This document shows, in pieces, positions 1-8,287 of a stretch of DNA of 32,000 nucleotides. Numbering within the stretch: the first letter of the stretch is position 1; every line of letters begins with the position of its first letter. Position numbers and translations under genes: made by a program. Under the pieces are notes generated by a model. That model made no database searches and had not been told where the DNA came from. It saw nothing but the letters and a program-made list of their open reading frames with translations. The stretch comes from Trichlorobacter lovleyi SZ (GTDB taxonomy: Bacteria; Desulfobacterota; Desulfuromonadia; Geobacterales; Pseudopelobacteraceae): NCBI RefSeq assembly GCF_000020385.1, contig NC_010814.1:870001-902000 (forward strand). The letters are read 5' to 3'.

Positions 1-856
1 ACAACATCCCAGGGATTTCATCTTGCCAAATGGCTGCACGGCCTATTTCACCGCCTTCACATACAAGAAGGTCTCCCTTTCTCAGTTCATATTTTGTGAT
101 TTCTCGTTCATCAAATGACATTTGAGGCAATTCGCCAAAGTCAAATTTCCCCCAAAGCACATTATTGTTTTTTATATAGGTTTTTTGATTGGAACCAAAA
201 CGAGCTTTTTCCGAGCTCATTTTCCCAAGCTGAATTTCATAACAATCAGCGATCTTTTTTTTGTTGTTTTCAGGGAGGCTATTGAAGCTTTCCAACAAAG
301 CTGCTTTGAATAATAGCTGAGCAGATGATCTTGCGCTGACAAGGTTATCTATCGTTTCCTCAACAGCCAGAAGTAACTCGACAATCCGCCGCTGCTCCTC
401 CAACGGCGGCAGCGCAAACTCAAAATCAGCAAGACTTGTCCAGTTGGTTCGCGGACTCAGGCTGCCTGCCGATGTCCCGACTGCATGCTGAAAGAATGCT
501 TCAGTCTGGCAGATGAACGGCAGTAGTTCCGGAAGGAGTTTCTTCGGGTCTTTGCTCTCCAGCACATAAATGTCGCCTGAACAGACTCCGGCAAAATCGG
601 CCACCGCTACCTTGCGTTGATATGCCCGACGTTTGCCGAACAGAACCTGTCCCGGCTTGAACACGCTGGTAAAGGTGACACCATCGGCAACATTGCCCCA
701 GCGCCGGACGCGCAAGTCCTCCGGGTCAATGTGCTCCAGACCGATGTACCGCTCATAACCATCGGCAAGCGGATCGCTGCTGCGCTCTTTCGAAAGGCGC
801 ACGACATCCCCGAATTTGACCTTCTGCCAGCCGGGCTTTATAGGGTTACTACTCAT
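1..856 (-). CDS. hsdS: Type I restriction-modification specificity subunit HsdS (5' part; continues beyond window start)
   Basis: Hand translation of the minus strand from ATG 856-854 gives MSSNPIKPGWQKVKFGDVVRLSKERSSDPLADGYERYIGLEHIDPEDL... The central conserved helix LPPLEEQRRIVELLLAVEETIDNL is followed by the start of a second target-recognition domain. The frame stays open to position 1. It is absent from the ORF track because it is truncated by the window edge. Confidence 0.85.
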   Translation of the reverse strand, partial: MSSNPIKPGWQKVKFGDVVRLSKERSSDPLADGYERYIGLEHIDPEDLRVRRWGNVADGVTFTSVFKPGQVLFGKRRAYQRKVAVADFAGVCSGDIYVLESKDPKKLLPELLPFICQTEAFFQHAVGTSAGSLSPRTNWTSLADFEFALPPLEEQRRIVELLLAVEETIDNLVSARSSAQLLFKAALLESFNSLPENNKKKIADCYEIQLGKMSSEKARFGSNQKTYIKNNNVLWGKFDFGELPQMSFDEREITKYELRKGDLLVCEGGEIGRAAIWQDEIPGML

Positions 857-1256
857 CGTCAGATTCTTCCTCGTCAGGTAAAGCCAACTTTCTCATCCAG
901 TCAGCAAAATCACTCAGGCTCTCGGCACCGTCAGGGGCGATAGTCCACCATCCCAACGTCAAATCAGAAAACTCTCCGTGAATGGTCAGTTCAACATATT
1001 CGCCGTCGCAAACCAAAGGGCTGACAGGAAAAGCTGGTAGCGTTGCCCGGCGCAGCAGATCAAGCTGTTGAGTTACTTCATCGGCTGGAACAGTAACTCG
1101 CCAGCGTTTGCGTGATGGTCCCTGCTGTTCAGTCACCTGGATATGATATGCATCACCCCGTTGCACCAGCTTCAGCAAATGGACTGAGAGCGGCATGAAA
1201 CCGCAACTCGGTGTTATGCGCAGGCGGGCTAGTTCAATTTGATCAGACACGGGCAT
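849..1256 (-). CDS. Hypothetical 135-aa protein with acidic C-terminal tail (DEEESDDE), translationally coupled to hsdS
   Basis: ORF-track ORF. GTGAGG Shine-Dalgarno lies about 5 nt upstream of the ATG at 1256. Its stop TAG (851-849) overlaps the hsdS ATG (856-854) by 8 nt. No family recognised. Confidence 0.6.
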   Translation of the reverse strand: MPVSDQIELARLRITPSCGFMPLSVHLLKLVQRGDAYHIQVTEQQGPSRKRWRVTVPADEVTQQLDLLRRATLPAFPVSPLVCDGEYVELTIHGEFSDLTLGWWTIAPDGAESLSDFADWMRKLALPDEEESDDE

Positions 1257-1277
1257 AGCGCCTCACAATACCGAAAC

Positions 1278-1967
1278 TCATGTGTCTGTTCTCCATTCAC
1301 CAGGTAGCGCAAATTCTTCCCAGACTTTCTGAAAAAACGGTCCAAGCAGTTCCTCCGCCGTTATATCGTATGTAGTGATGATTAATTGGCCGGAAAGTAC
1401 CTCGTCTATTGGGCAGCAGCCTTGGGGGTACATTCCAAAGCGCCTTTCCGCAATTTTGAAATCTTCGACACCTGAAAGTCCAACAATGATTTGTATAGGC
1501 GGCTCTATTCGAAGTTGATTTCGCATGAAAGCGAGATATGTACTTAGACCGTCACACAATGAAGTTAAGAGGACGGCAAACGGGATAAATTTATTTTCTT
1601 GCGCATGGAGAGTTGGTTGCTCGATTCCCCAAATCTCACCATTACGGAAAAGCTGAGTTACATAACGAGTTGGGTTGCTGCCAGTTGCAACTTCATAGCA
1701 GACACCGCCATCAGTATTGGCCATTATTAGACCGCCAGAAGACTTGCCAAGTGGAGGTAGTTGCCTAGTGTTGAGGAGATCAAGGATGCCCTTTGTTGTC
1801 ATCTCGGTTGTACCGGTATATGGGATTAAACGCAAAAACCACTGGGGGCCATTGTTCCAGTAGACGTTAGTTGGATCGCCACCGAAGGCAGATCTATCAT
1901 CCTTCCCCAGTAAATCTCCTTTGATAAAACTGGAAGATTTCCATACCGGCTCAACTCCTTTGAATAC
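1278..1967 (-). pseudogene. C-terminal fragment of an IS-split 412-aa gene (unknown C-terminal domain)
   Basis: The minus-strand frame ...VFKGVEPVWKSSSFIKGDLLGKDD... continues exactly from the fragment at 3370-3926 once the IS and one copy of the 8-bp duplication are removed. The N-terminal 50 aa of the 280-aa track ORF are read from IS sequence and are artefactual. Confidence 0.8.
1960..1967. repeat. Target-site duplication TTGAATAC (left copy) of the ISL3 insertion
   Basis: An identical 8-mer directly flanks both IS ends (1960-1967 and 3370-3377). Confidence 0.85.
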
Positions 1968-3369
1968 GGTTCTTCCGCAGAATTTATGGGTAACTGACCT
2001 GCCGAAGATGGTCTGAGCAGCTACCTGGTGAACGAAATAGAGCATCCCGCCTACAAATCTGTCATTGTGTGTTTCGACCAAGAAACCCAATACAGACAAG
2101 GAGAGCGGGATGCAGCTCAAGTCTATACTGAATTTCGTTCAACCGCATCAAGGTTTTGTGTATGGCGCTGTCCACCAGCGAAACAAGGGACAGCGCACGG
2201 TCCTTGACATTGAGATCCGCCCCCGCAAGAACAGGCAGCCTGTCTGTTCCAGATGCGGCAAACCTGGTCCCGGCTATGACACCTTGCCTGTGCGCCGGTT
2301 TGAGTTCGTGCCGCTATGGGGCATTGCCGTGTTCTTCCTCTACGCCATGCGCCGGGTCAGTTGCCCATCCTGCGGTGTGAAGGTGGAACAAGTCCCCTGG
2401 GCCACCGGCAAGAACCACCTGACCACCACCTATGCCTGGTTCCTGGCCCGCTGGGCCAGGCGGTTGTCGTGGAAGGAAGTGGGGCAAGTGTTTCAGACCA
2501 GTTGGGACAACGTCTTCCGCTCGGTCAAAATGGCCGTTGCCTGGGGACTGGCCCACCGCGACCTCGACACCATAACCGCCATCGGCATCGACGAGATTGC
2601 CTGGAAAAAGGGGCACAAGTACCTGACCCTGGTTTACCAGATCGATGCCGGATGCAAACGCCTGCTGTGGGTCGGCAAGGAGCGGACCCAGAAAACGTTG
2701 CGGCAGTTCTTCAAGGAGTTTGGCAAAGAGCGAACAGCACACCTTCGGTTCATCTGCAGCGACATGTGGAAGCCATACCTGCGGATCGTCGCCGAGGTTG
2801 CAGGTCAAGCCATGCATATCCTTGACCGGTTCCATGTCATGACCCACTTCGGCAAAGCTGTCGACAAGGTCCGGGCAACGGAAGCCAGAGAACTGAAAGC
2901 CAAGGGCCAGGAACCGGTGCTGACCGGTAGCCGCTGGTGCCTGCTCAAACGGCCTGAACACCTGACGGAGAAGCAGAGCATCAAGCTGAATGAACTGCTG
3001 GCCATTAACTTGAAAACCGTCCGGGCCTATCTCCTCAAAGAGGAGTTCCAGTTCTTCTGGCGCTATGCCACTGCGGGCTGGGCTGCCAGATTTCTGGATG
3101 CTTGGTGCAAAAGAACCATGAGGTCACGCATCATCCCGATGAAGAAGATTGCCAAGATGCTGCGCTCGCATCGGGAGCTGTTACTCAACTGGTTTCGGAC
3201 CAAAGGGCAGGTTGCCTTGGGGGCCGTAGAAGGATTCAACAACAAGGCTAAAGTGACCTCACGTAAAGCATACGGTTTCAGAAACTTTGAAGTGATGAAA
3301 ATCGCCTTGTATCATACACTTGGCAACCTGCCAGAACCTGAGGCTACCCACAGATTCTGCTGAAGAGCC
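1968..3369 (+). mobile_element. ISL3-family insertion sequence, 1402 bp, complete
   Basis: Terminal inverted repeats are GGTTCTTCCGCAGAATTTATGGGTAAC (1968-1994) and the reverse complement of 3343-3369, GGCTCTTCAGCAGAATCTGTGGGTAGC (22/27 match by hand). There is an 8-bp direct duplication, a single transposase ORF, and the stop codon lies inside the right IR. Confidence 0.9.
2110..3363 (+). CDS. ISL3-family transposase (IS204/IS1001/IS1096/IS1165 type)
   Basis: N-terminal zinc finger CSRCG...CPSCG is followed by a DDE domain. AAGGAG lies 6 nt before the ATG at 2110 (MQLKSILNF...), which I prefer over the track start at 2065. Confidence 0.9.
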   Translation: MQLKSILNFVQPHQGFVYGAVHQRNKGQRTVLDIEIRPRKNRQPVCSRCGKPGPGYDTLPVRRFEFVPLWGIAVFFLYAMRRVSCPSCGVKVEQVPWATGKNHLTTTYAWFLARWARRLSWKEVGQVFQTSWDNVFRSVKMAVAWGLAHRDLDTITAIGIDEIAWKKGHKYLTLVYQIDAGCKRLLWVGKERTQKTLRQFFKEFGKERTAHLRFICSDMWKPYLRIVAEVAGQAMHILDRFHVMTHFGKAVDKVRATEARELKAKGQEPVLTGSRWCLLKRPEHLTEKQSIKLNELLAINLKTVRAYLLKEEFQFFWRYATAGWAARFLDAWCKRTMRSRIIPMKKIAKMLRSHRELLLNWFRTKGQVALGAVEGFNNKAKVTSRKAYGFRNFEVMKIALYHTLGNLPEPEATHRFC

Positions 3370-3377
3370 TTGAATAC
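3370..3377. repeat. Target-site duplication TTGAATAC (right copy)
   Basis: See 1960-1967. Confidence 0.85.
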
Positions 3378-3926
3378 TAACTGTGGACACTCCTTTGGGC
3401 CTACCTCTCGAAGCATCCCACCAATAATCTCCGCCAAATCTTTCGTGACCTTCTTTTGAACCTTTTCCGCCTCTTCTTTACTAGCATCTGGCGCTAATGT
3501 GTAACAATACGGGAAGCGTTTGTGCGCCATATCAAACGGTAGCCCATCTTTTGCCGAGCCGTAATGCTGGTTCAATACCTTAAGTGTTCGAGAAGGGCCT
3601 GCAGCCTGTATCGCATATCCTAGTTCCAGCAGCACGTTGGGGTTTGGGCACTGTTTGGCTGCAGCGGTTTTAGCGACAATCGTTATGTCAGCGACAAAGA
3701 GATCGCATGTTTCGATTTTCTTGAGGATTGTGTTTAATACCTCAACGTCTCCAAATACTCCTTTGGTGTCGTGGTCGAGGTGCAACTCGTCACCGCGGGC
3801 TACCTCTTCCAGAAGGCCATCGCCGGTAATTATCTTCAGAGCATCTTCGAGGCAAATTTTGAGAAAGCGGTGGTTTGTTTTTGGATCGGCATCACTCTGC
3901 CAGCTATAGAATACTTTAAGCGGCAT
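3370..3926 (-). pseudogene. N-terminal fragment of the IS-split gene: TIR-like / nucleoside 2-deoxyribosyltransferase-like domain
   Basis: MPLKVFYSWQSDADPKTNHRF...CDLFVADITIV...NPNVLLELGYA shows the pattern of TIR-like/NDT-like (SLOG-type) domains, with an (E)xGyA acidic motif. AGGGGAA RBS precedes the ATG at 3926. The last 18 aa of the 204-aa track ORF are read from the IS right end. Confidence 0.75.
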
Positions 3927-3972
3927 GAAAATTATTCCCCTTTGTTGCTGATCAATTTAGCCAAATGTTTTT

Positions 3973-5451
3973 TCAACGGGCTGTTCTTTCGATGGTTTCA
4001 ACAAGTAAATCCATCTTCTGCCAAAAGTTACGTCTTTCATCCTGCCACTGCTGCCATACCGATTCCAGGCTTTGTGTTTCACCGATGGAGACGCTACCAC
4101 CATTATTCCGCTTCACATACAACGGAATCGACAGGTTTGAACCGTTGGCGGCGATCTCCTCAAGGGTGGCTACCTTGGCAAAACCGGCATCGTCCTGGAA
4201 ATTTCTGAAAGCCGCCAGAATCCGGTCCTGATGCTCGGGCTTGAGGAAACTCTGCGCCCGCTCACGGGTGACTTCGTTGAGAGCGTCGATAAAGAGCACC
4301 TTGCCCTTGCGCTCCCCTGTCTTGTTGCGACGGCAGACAACAACGCACGATTCCATCGGCGAGTTGTAAAAGAGGTTCGGTCCCAAGCCGATGACCGCCT
4401 CTACCAGGTCCTGGGCGATCATCTTAGCCCGCATCTCTTGCTCTTCATTGCGGAACAGCACCCCATGCGGCCAGAGGATGGCGCAGCGACCCTTCTTGGT
4501 CAGGCTTTTCAGGATATGCTGGAAGAAGGCATAATCAGCACGTCCCTGCGGCGGTGTACCGAGAAAATTCCTTCCCCATTTATCAGACTCGAAGGCTGGG
4601 CGGTCCCACTGCTTGATGGAGTACGGCGGGTTGGCCAGGATCACATCAAACTGCTTGAGCCGGTCCCCTTCGATCAGCTTCGGCTCTGCCAGGGTGTCAC
4701 CTCGCGCGATCTGAAAATCTTCGATCCCATGCAGGAAGAGATTCATCCGGGCAATACCGGAGGTCATCAGGTTGCGTTCCTGCCCATAAAGCTTGAGGGT
4801 GCGGTATTCGCCGCCGGTACGCTTTACCTCGGCCAGGGCCGACAGGAGCATCCCGCCAGTGCCGCAGGTGGGATCGTAGATCGACTCTCCCGGTTGCGGG
4901 TCCAGCAGTTGCGTCATCAGATGGACGACCGTGCGGTTCGTGTAGAACTCGGCCGCCGTATGGCCGGAGTCATCGGCGAACTTCTTGATCAGGAACTCAT
5001 AGGCATTGCCCAATTCATCTTCCGGTACGTTGGCGACCGAGAGTGTCTGGGTCGAAAAGTGCTCGATCAGATCCTTCAGGGTCTCATCCGGCAACCGTTC
5101 CTTATTGGTCCAAGGGGCGTCGCCAAAGATGCCGGTCAACTGGTCGGGGTTGGCCGCCTCGATGGCCCGCATGGCGGTCTGAATGGTCATACCGACATTT
5201 TTCGGGGTCTGGCGGACATCGCTCCAATGGAAACCCGCTGGTATCTGAAAGCGGTGATTCTCGGCAAAGTCGCCGCCGGATTCGTCCATTGCCTGCTGGT
5301 ACTCTTCGTCGTACACGTCGGAAACGCGCTTGAAGAACAGCAATGGAAAGATGAACTGCTTGTAGTCGCCGGCGTCGATCAGTCCGCGCAGGAGCGTTGC
5401 CGCACCCCAGAGGTAGGATTCCAATTCCTGTTGAGAGATGCGCGAGCTCAT
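3973..5451 (-). CDS. hsdM: Type I R-M DNA methyltransferase subunit, paralogue 2 (HsdM')
   Basis: HsdM_N-type N-terminus (LWGAATLLRG), motif I DPTCGTGG, motif IV NPPY. EFYTNRTVV replaces the usual EFYTPR. The ATG overlaps the upstream hsdM stop (ATGA at 5448-5451). Confidence 0.9.
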   Translation of the reverse strand: MSSRISQQELESYLWGAATLLRGLIDAGDYKQFIFPLLFFKRVSDVYDEEYQQAMDESGGDFAENHRFQIPAGFHWSDVRQTPKNVGMTIQTAMRAIEAANPDQLTGIFGDAPWTNKERLPDETLKDLIEHFSTQTLSVANVPEDELGNAYEFLIKKFADDSGHTAAEFYTNRTVVHLMTQLLDPQPGESIYDPTCGTGGMLLSALAEVKRTGGEYRTLKLYGQERNLMTSGIARMNLFLHGIEDFQIARGDTLAEPKLIEGDRLKQFDVILANPPYSIKQWDRPAFESDKWGRNFLGTPPQGRADYAFFQHILKSLTKKGRCAILWPHGVLFRNEEQEMRAKMIAQDLVEAVIGLGPNLFYNSPMESCVVVCRRNKTGERKGKVLFIDALNEVTRERAQSFLKPEHQDRILAAFRNFQDDAGFAKVATLEEIAANGSNLSIPLYVKRNNGGSVSIGETQSLESVWQQWQDERRNFWQKMDLLVETIERTAR

Positions 5452-6938
5452 TGCAACCAGCCTCCATCCGTCATTAACTGTTCCAGACGGGTCTCTGCCT
5501 CGCGACAGCGTTCGAGAGCCGACTTGAACTCTGCTATGGCCTGGGGCAACGGCGGAATGTCGTCATTGAGCGGCGGCAAGACATAACGTGAGATATTCAG
5601 GGTCCAGTCCTCGGCCTTTATCTCATCGGTGCTGACGATCCGCACCCGATCCTGCACATCGATGAACGCCTGATACCAGCCAAGAATCTCGGCACCATGT
5701 TCCGGCTCAAGGTAATTCTGTGCCCGGCCACGCCGGAACAAGCTGGAGGCGTCGGCGATCATCACCTTCCTTTTGCGTTCAGCCGGCTTGCGCTTGCGCA
5801 GCAGGAGGATGCAGGCAGCAAGGCCGGTACCGTAGAACAGGTTAGGCGCCAGGCCGATAACACCTTCTATCAGATCCATCTCCAGCAACTTGCGGCGAAT
5901 CTCACCTTCCACGCCTTTGCGGAACAGTGCTCCCTGTGGCAACACCACCGCCATCCGTCCGGTAACTTCTGCCATGGACTTGACCATGTGCTGTACCCAG
6001 GCAAAATCACCGCTGCTTGAGGGGGGAAGGCCGGCAAAGTTGCGGCCGAATGGGTCGTTGAGCCAGACTTCTTCCCCCCACTTTTCCAGTGAAAAGGGGG
6101 GATTGGCAATGACGCAGTCAAACGTCGCCAGACGATCACCTTCAAAGAAAGCCGGATTGCGCAGGGTGTCGCCCCGGACAATCTGGAAATCTTCAATACC
6201 GTGCAGGAACAAGTTCATCCGGGCGATGGCCGAAGTAGTCAGGTTCTTTTCTTGGCCGAACAGCTTGCCCCAGAGGAGCTTGGTGTCGCCATGCAGCTCA
6301 TGAACGTGCTGGAGGGCTGCCAGCAGCATGCCGCCGGTACCGCAGGCAGGGTCATAAATGGAGTCGCCTTCCTTTGGATCGAGCATATCCACCATGAGCC
6401 GGACAACGCTACGCGGGGTGTAGAACTCGCCGGCTTTCTTGTTGGTGGCGTCGGCAAATTTCTTGATCAGGTATTCGTAAGCATCGCCCAATACATCCGA
6501 GGCGACATTTCGGTTGCCAAGGGGGAGCCGGGAGAAATGCTCGATCAGATCTTTCAGCAGAGCATCGGTCAGGCGATCCTTGTTGGTCCACTGGGCATCA
6601 CCAAAGACCGCATACAGCGTATCCGGATTGGCCTTTTCGATTTCACGGAGCGCCCGCTGCAGGGCATTGCCCACATTGACCGGTGTCTCACGGATATCCC
6701 GCCAGTGACAGCCTTCCGGCACCTGGAATCGGTGAGATTCGGGAAACATCGCCAGTTCCGGATCACCCATCTCTTCTGCGATTTCCTGATACTCCTCATC
6801 CCAGACGTCACAGATCCGCTTGAAAAACAGGAGCGGAAAGATGTAGGTCTTGAAATCAGCAGCATCGACCGGCCCACGGAGGATGTTGGCTGATTCCCAG
6901 AGGTGATTTTCGAGTTGGGAAAGAGGGAGAAGCGTCAT
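5448..6938 (-). CDS. hsdM: Type I R-M DNA methyltransferase subunit, paralogue 1 (HsdM)
   Basis: LWESANILRG N-domain, EFYTPRSVV, DPACGTGG (SAM motif I), NPPF (motif IV). Confidence 0.9.
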   Translation of the reverse strand: MTLLPLSQLENHLWESANILRGPVDAADFKTYIFPLLFFKRICDVWDEEYQEIAEEMGDPELAMFPESHRFQVPEGCHWRDIRETPVNVGNALQRALREIEKANPDTLYAVFGDAQWTNKDRLTDALLKDLIEHFSRLPLGNRNVASDVLGDAYEYLIKKFADATNKKAGEFYTPRSVVRLMVDMLDPKEGDSIYDPACGTGGMLLAALQHVHELHGDTKLLWGKLFGQEKNLTTSAIARMNLFLHGIEDFQIVRGDTLRNPAFFEGDRLATFDCVIANPPFSLEKWGEEVWLNDPFGRNFAGLPPSSSGDFAWVQHMVKSMAEVTGRMAVVLPQGALFRKGVEGEIRRKLLEMDLIEGVIGLAPNLFYGTGLAACILLLRKRKPAERKRKVMIADASSLFRRGRAQNYLEPEHGAEILGWYQAFIDVQDRVRIVSTDEIKAEDWTLNISRYVLPPLNDDIPPLPQAIAEFKSALERCREAETRLEQLMTDGGWLQ

Positions 6939-6978
6939 TAATCAGATACTCCAAGTTTGGCAAGGTACGTTCATGGTC

Positions 6979-8193
6979 CTAACGTGACAGCACCGGGTAC
7001 AGCTCCGGGAAAAACCAGCCGGCGGCATGGATCGGGAAGCCGATCCTGACTTCTCCCTTGGGGGTATCTGATACAAGTAGCCCTTCGGCTACAAGCTGAG
7101 CCAGCAGATTTCTCCCGGTCCGCTCTTTCAGGCCGGATGCCTCGATGACCGCTCCCCGTGGCGCTTCGCCTCGCAGCAGGACCTCCTGCAGCATCCTGGC
7201 CGACTCCGGTCGCAAGTCGTCGCTGCCAGGCGGATTGGGGATTATGGCGGTGCCGCGCAGCTGCACATAGCTTCTGACCCGTTCCACCAGGCCGTCCAGT
7301 TGCAACAGTGTGCCCATGTAGTCCACCTGATCCCGGCAGACCTCCAGGAAGAACCGGCAGAATTTCACCAGCCCCTCGTTGGACAGATTGCCCCTGCCGT
7401 CCAGATCATTCCGCCGTGGCGCATCGGCCCAGGTGAGAGCAGACTTGTAGTCGATATTCCTGCGGGCGAGCCCCCGGCTGACCGACCAGAGGCCGAAACC
7501 GTGCACCGGAATACGGTGGAGATACGCTTCGGTGAACAGGCGGGCCACCCTGCCGTTGCCGTCGAGAAAGGGGTGAATCCACATCAGCCGGTGATGGGCC
7601 GCTGCCGCCGCCACCAGCTTGGCAGCGCCGTGATGCTTTTGGGGAGCATACGATTCGCCGAACCTTACCATGAACGCGTTCAGACTGTCATGCCCCGGTG
7701 GCTCATGTTGTCCGACCTTGACAGGCTGTGTGCGCAGCTCACCTGGTATCACCCGGCTTTCACGGCCAGTATCCGGATTGGTCATGATCTGGAATTCTTC
7801 AGGCAGCAGCTTGAAAAACTCCCGATGCAGCGAACAGAGAAACTCCTGTCCGGCAATGTTGGGCGCCGCTTCCTCCTGTAACCACGCTTCCATCTGCCGC
7901 TGTACGGCAATATGGGCCACGCTTTCCAGTTGCAGGTTGCGTTTGGCCGGCTCGGTGTCGTACTGCTGCTGCATGGCCCGGACAATGTCGTGCGGGTGGG
8001 TATTGTGCCCTTCGATGAGGTTGGAGTAGTAGCTGTTGATGATCCTGAGCAGCTCGCGAAGGGTGTGCAGGGTAATGGGGTGCAGCCGGGTACCGAGCGA
8101 TGCCGAGAGTTGTATTACCTCCAGGGCCAGATCCTGAAGATCATCGGCCCGCTCCGGAAACAGCGGTGTCATCTGACTGATTGCATCGGGCAT
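6979..8193 (-). CDS. Fic-family protein (AMPylase-type) with N-terminal inhibitory motif and C-terminal winged-helix-like region
   Basis: Canonical Fic motif HPFLDGNGRVAR. An (S/T)xxxE(G/N) inhibitory-helix motif, SNLIEG, lies in the N-terminal part. The gene ends 40 nt upstream of hsdM on the same strand. Confidence 0.85.
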   Translation of the reverse strand: MPDAISQMTPLFPERADDLQDLALEVIQLSASLGTRLHPITLHTLRELLRIINSYYSNLIEGHNTHPHDIVRAMQQQYDTEPAKRNLQLESVAHIAVQRQMEAWLQEEAAPNIAGQEFLCSLHREFFKLLPEEFQIMTNPDTGRESRVIPGELRTQPVKVGQHEPPGHDSLNAFMVRFGESYAPQKHHGAAKLVAAAAAHHRLMWIHPFLDGNGRVARLFTEAYLHRIPVHGFGLWSVSRGLARRNIDYKSALTWADAPRRNDLDGRGNLSNEGLVKFCRFFLEVCRDQVDYMGTLLQLDGLVERVRSYVQLRGTAIIPNPPGSDDLRPESARMLQEVLLRGEAPRGAVIEASGLKERTGRNLLAQLVAEGLLVSDTPKGEVRIGFPIHAAGWFFPELYPVLSR

Positions 8194-8234
8194 GGAGTTG
8201 TTCCTTATTGCCGATATTTATGCCGGTTACTTTT

Positions 8235-8272
8235 GCTTGCAACAGTACATCAGCATTGAATAAATTGCAAGC
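8235..8272. promoter_or_regulatory. Inverted repeat GCTTGCAA-N22-TTGCAAGC upstream of fic
   Basis: Perfect 8-bp arms at 8235-8242 and 8265-8272, in the spacer between the membrane-protein gene and the fic/R-M operon. No T-tract follows, so it is more likely an operator than a terminator. Confidence 0.25.
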
Positions 8273-8287
8273 ATACTTGCCACGTAC

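Noticed and set aside
693-712. CCCCAGCGC match to the tRNA-Asn 3' region, considered as a possible second att site
   Set aside because: The match is only 9 identical nt and is out of register beyond that. It lies inside the hsdS coding sequence, so it is most likely chance. The true left att site is probably outside the window.
1968-2120. N-terminal 50 aa of the 280-aa track ORF (MSCIPLSLSVLGFLVETHNDRFVGG...)
   Set aside because: This part is read from the antisense of the IS left end. The genuine coding sequence starts at the IS junction at 1967 and is the continuation of the gene at 3926-3370.
2314-2961. 215-aa minus-strand and 169-aa plus-strand ORFs inside the IS transposase gene
   Set aside because: They are alternative-frame or antisense shadows of a well-supported ISL3 transposase ORF.
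4231-5586. 451-aa plus-strand ORF (and 6201-6893, 230 aa) opposite the hsdM genes
   Set aside because: These are antisense shadow ORFs in GC-rich coding DNA. They have Arg/Gly/Leu-rich low-information sequence, no RBS and no recognisable domains, and the opposite strand encodes clear HsdM motifs.
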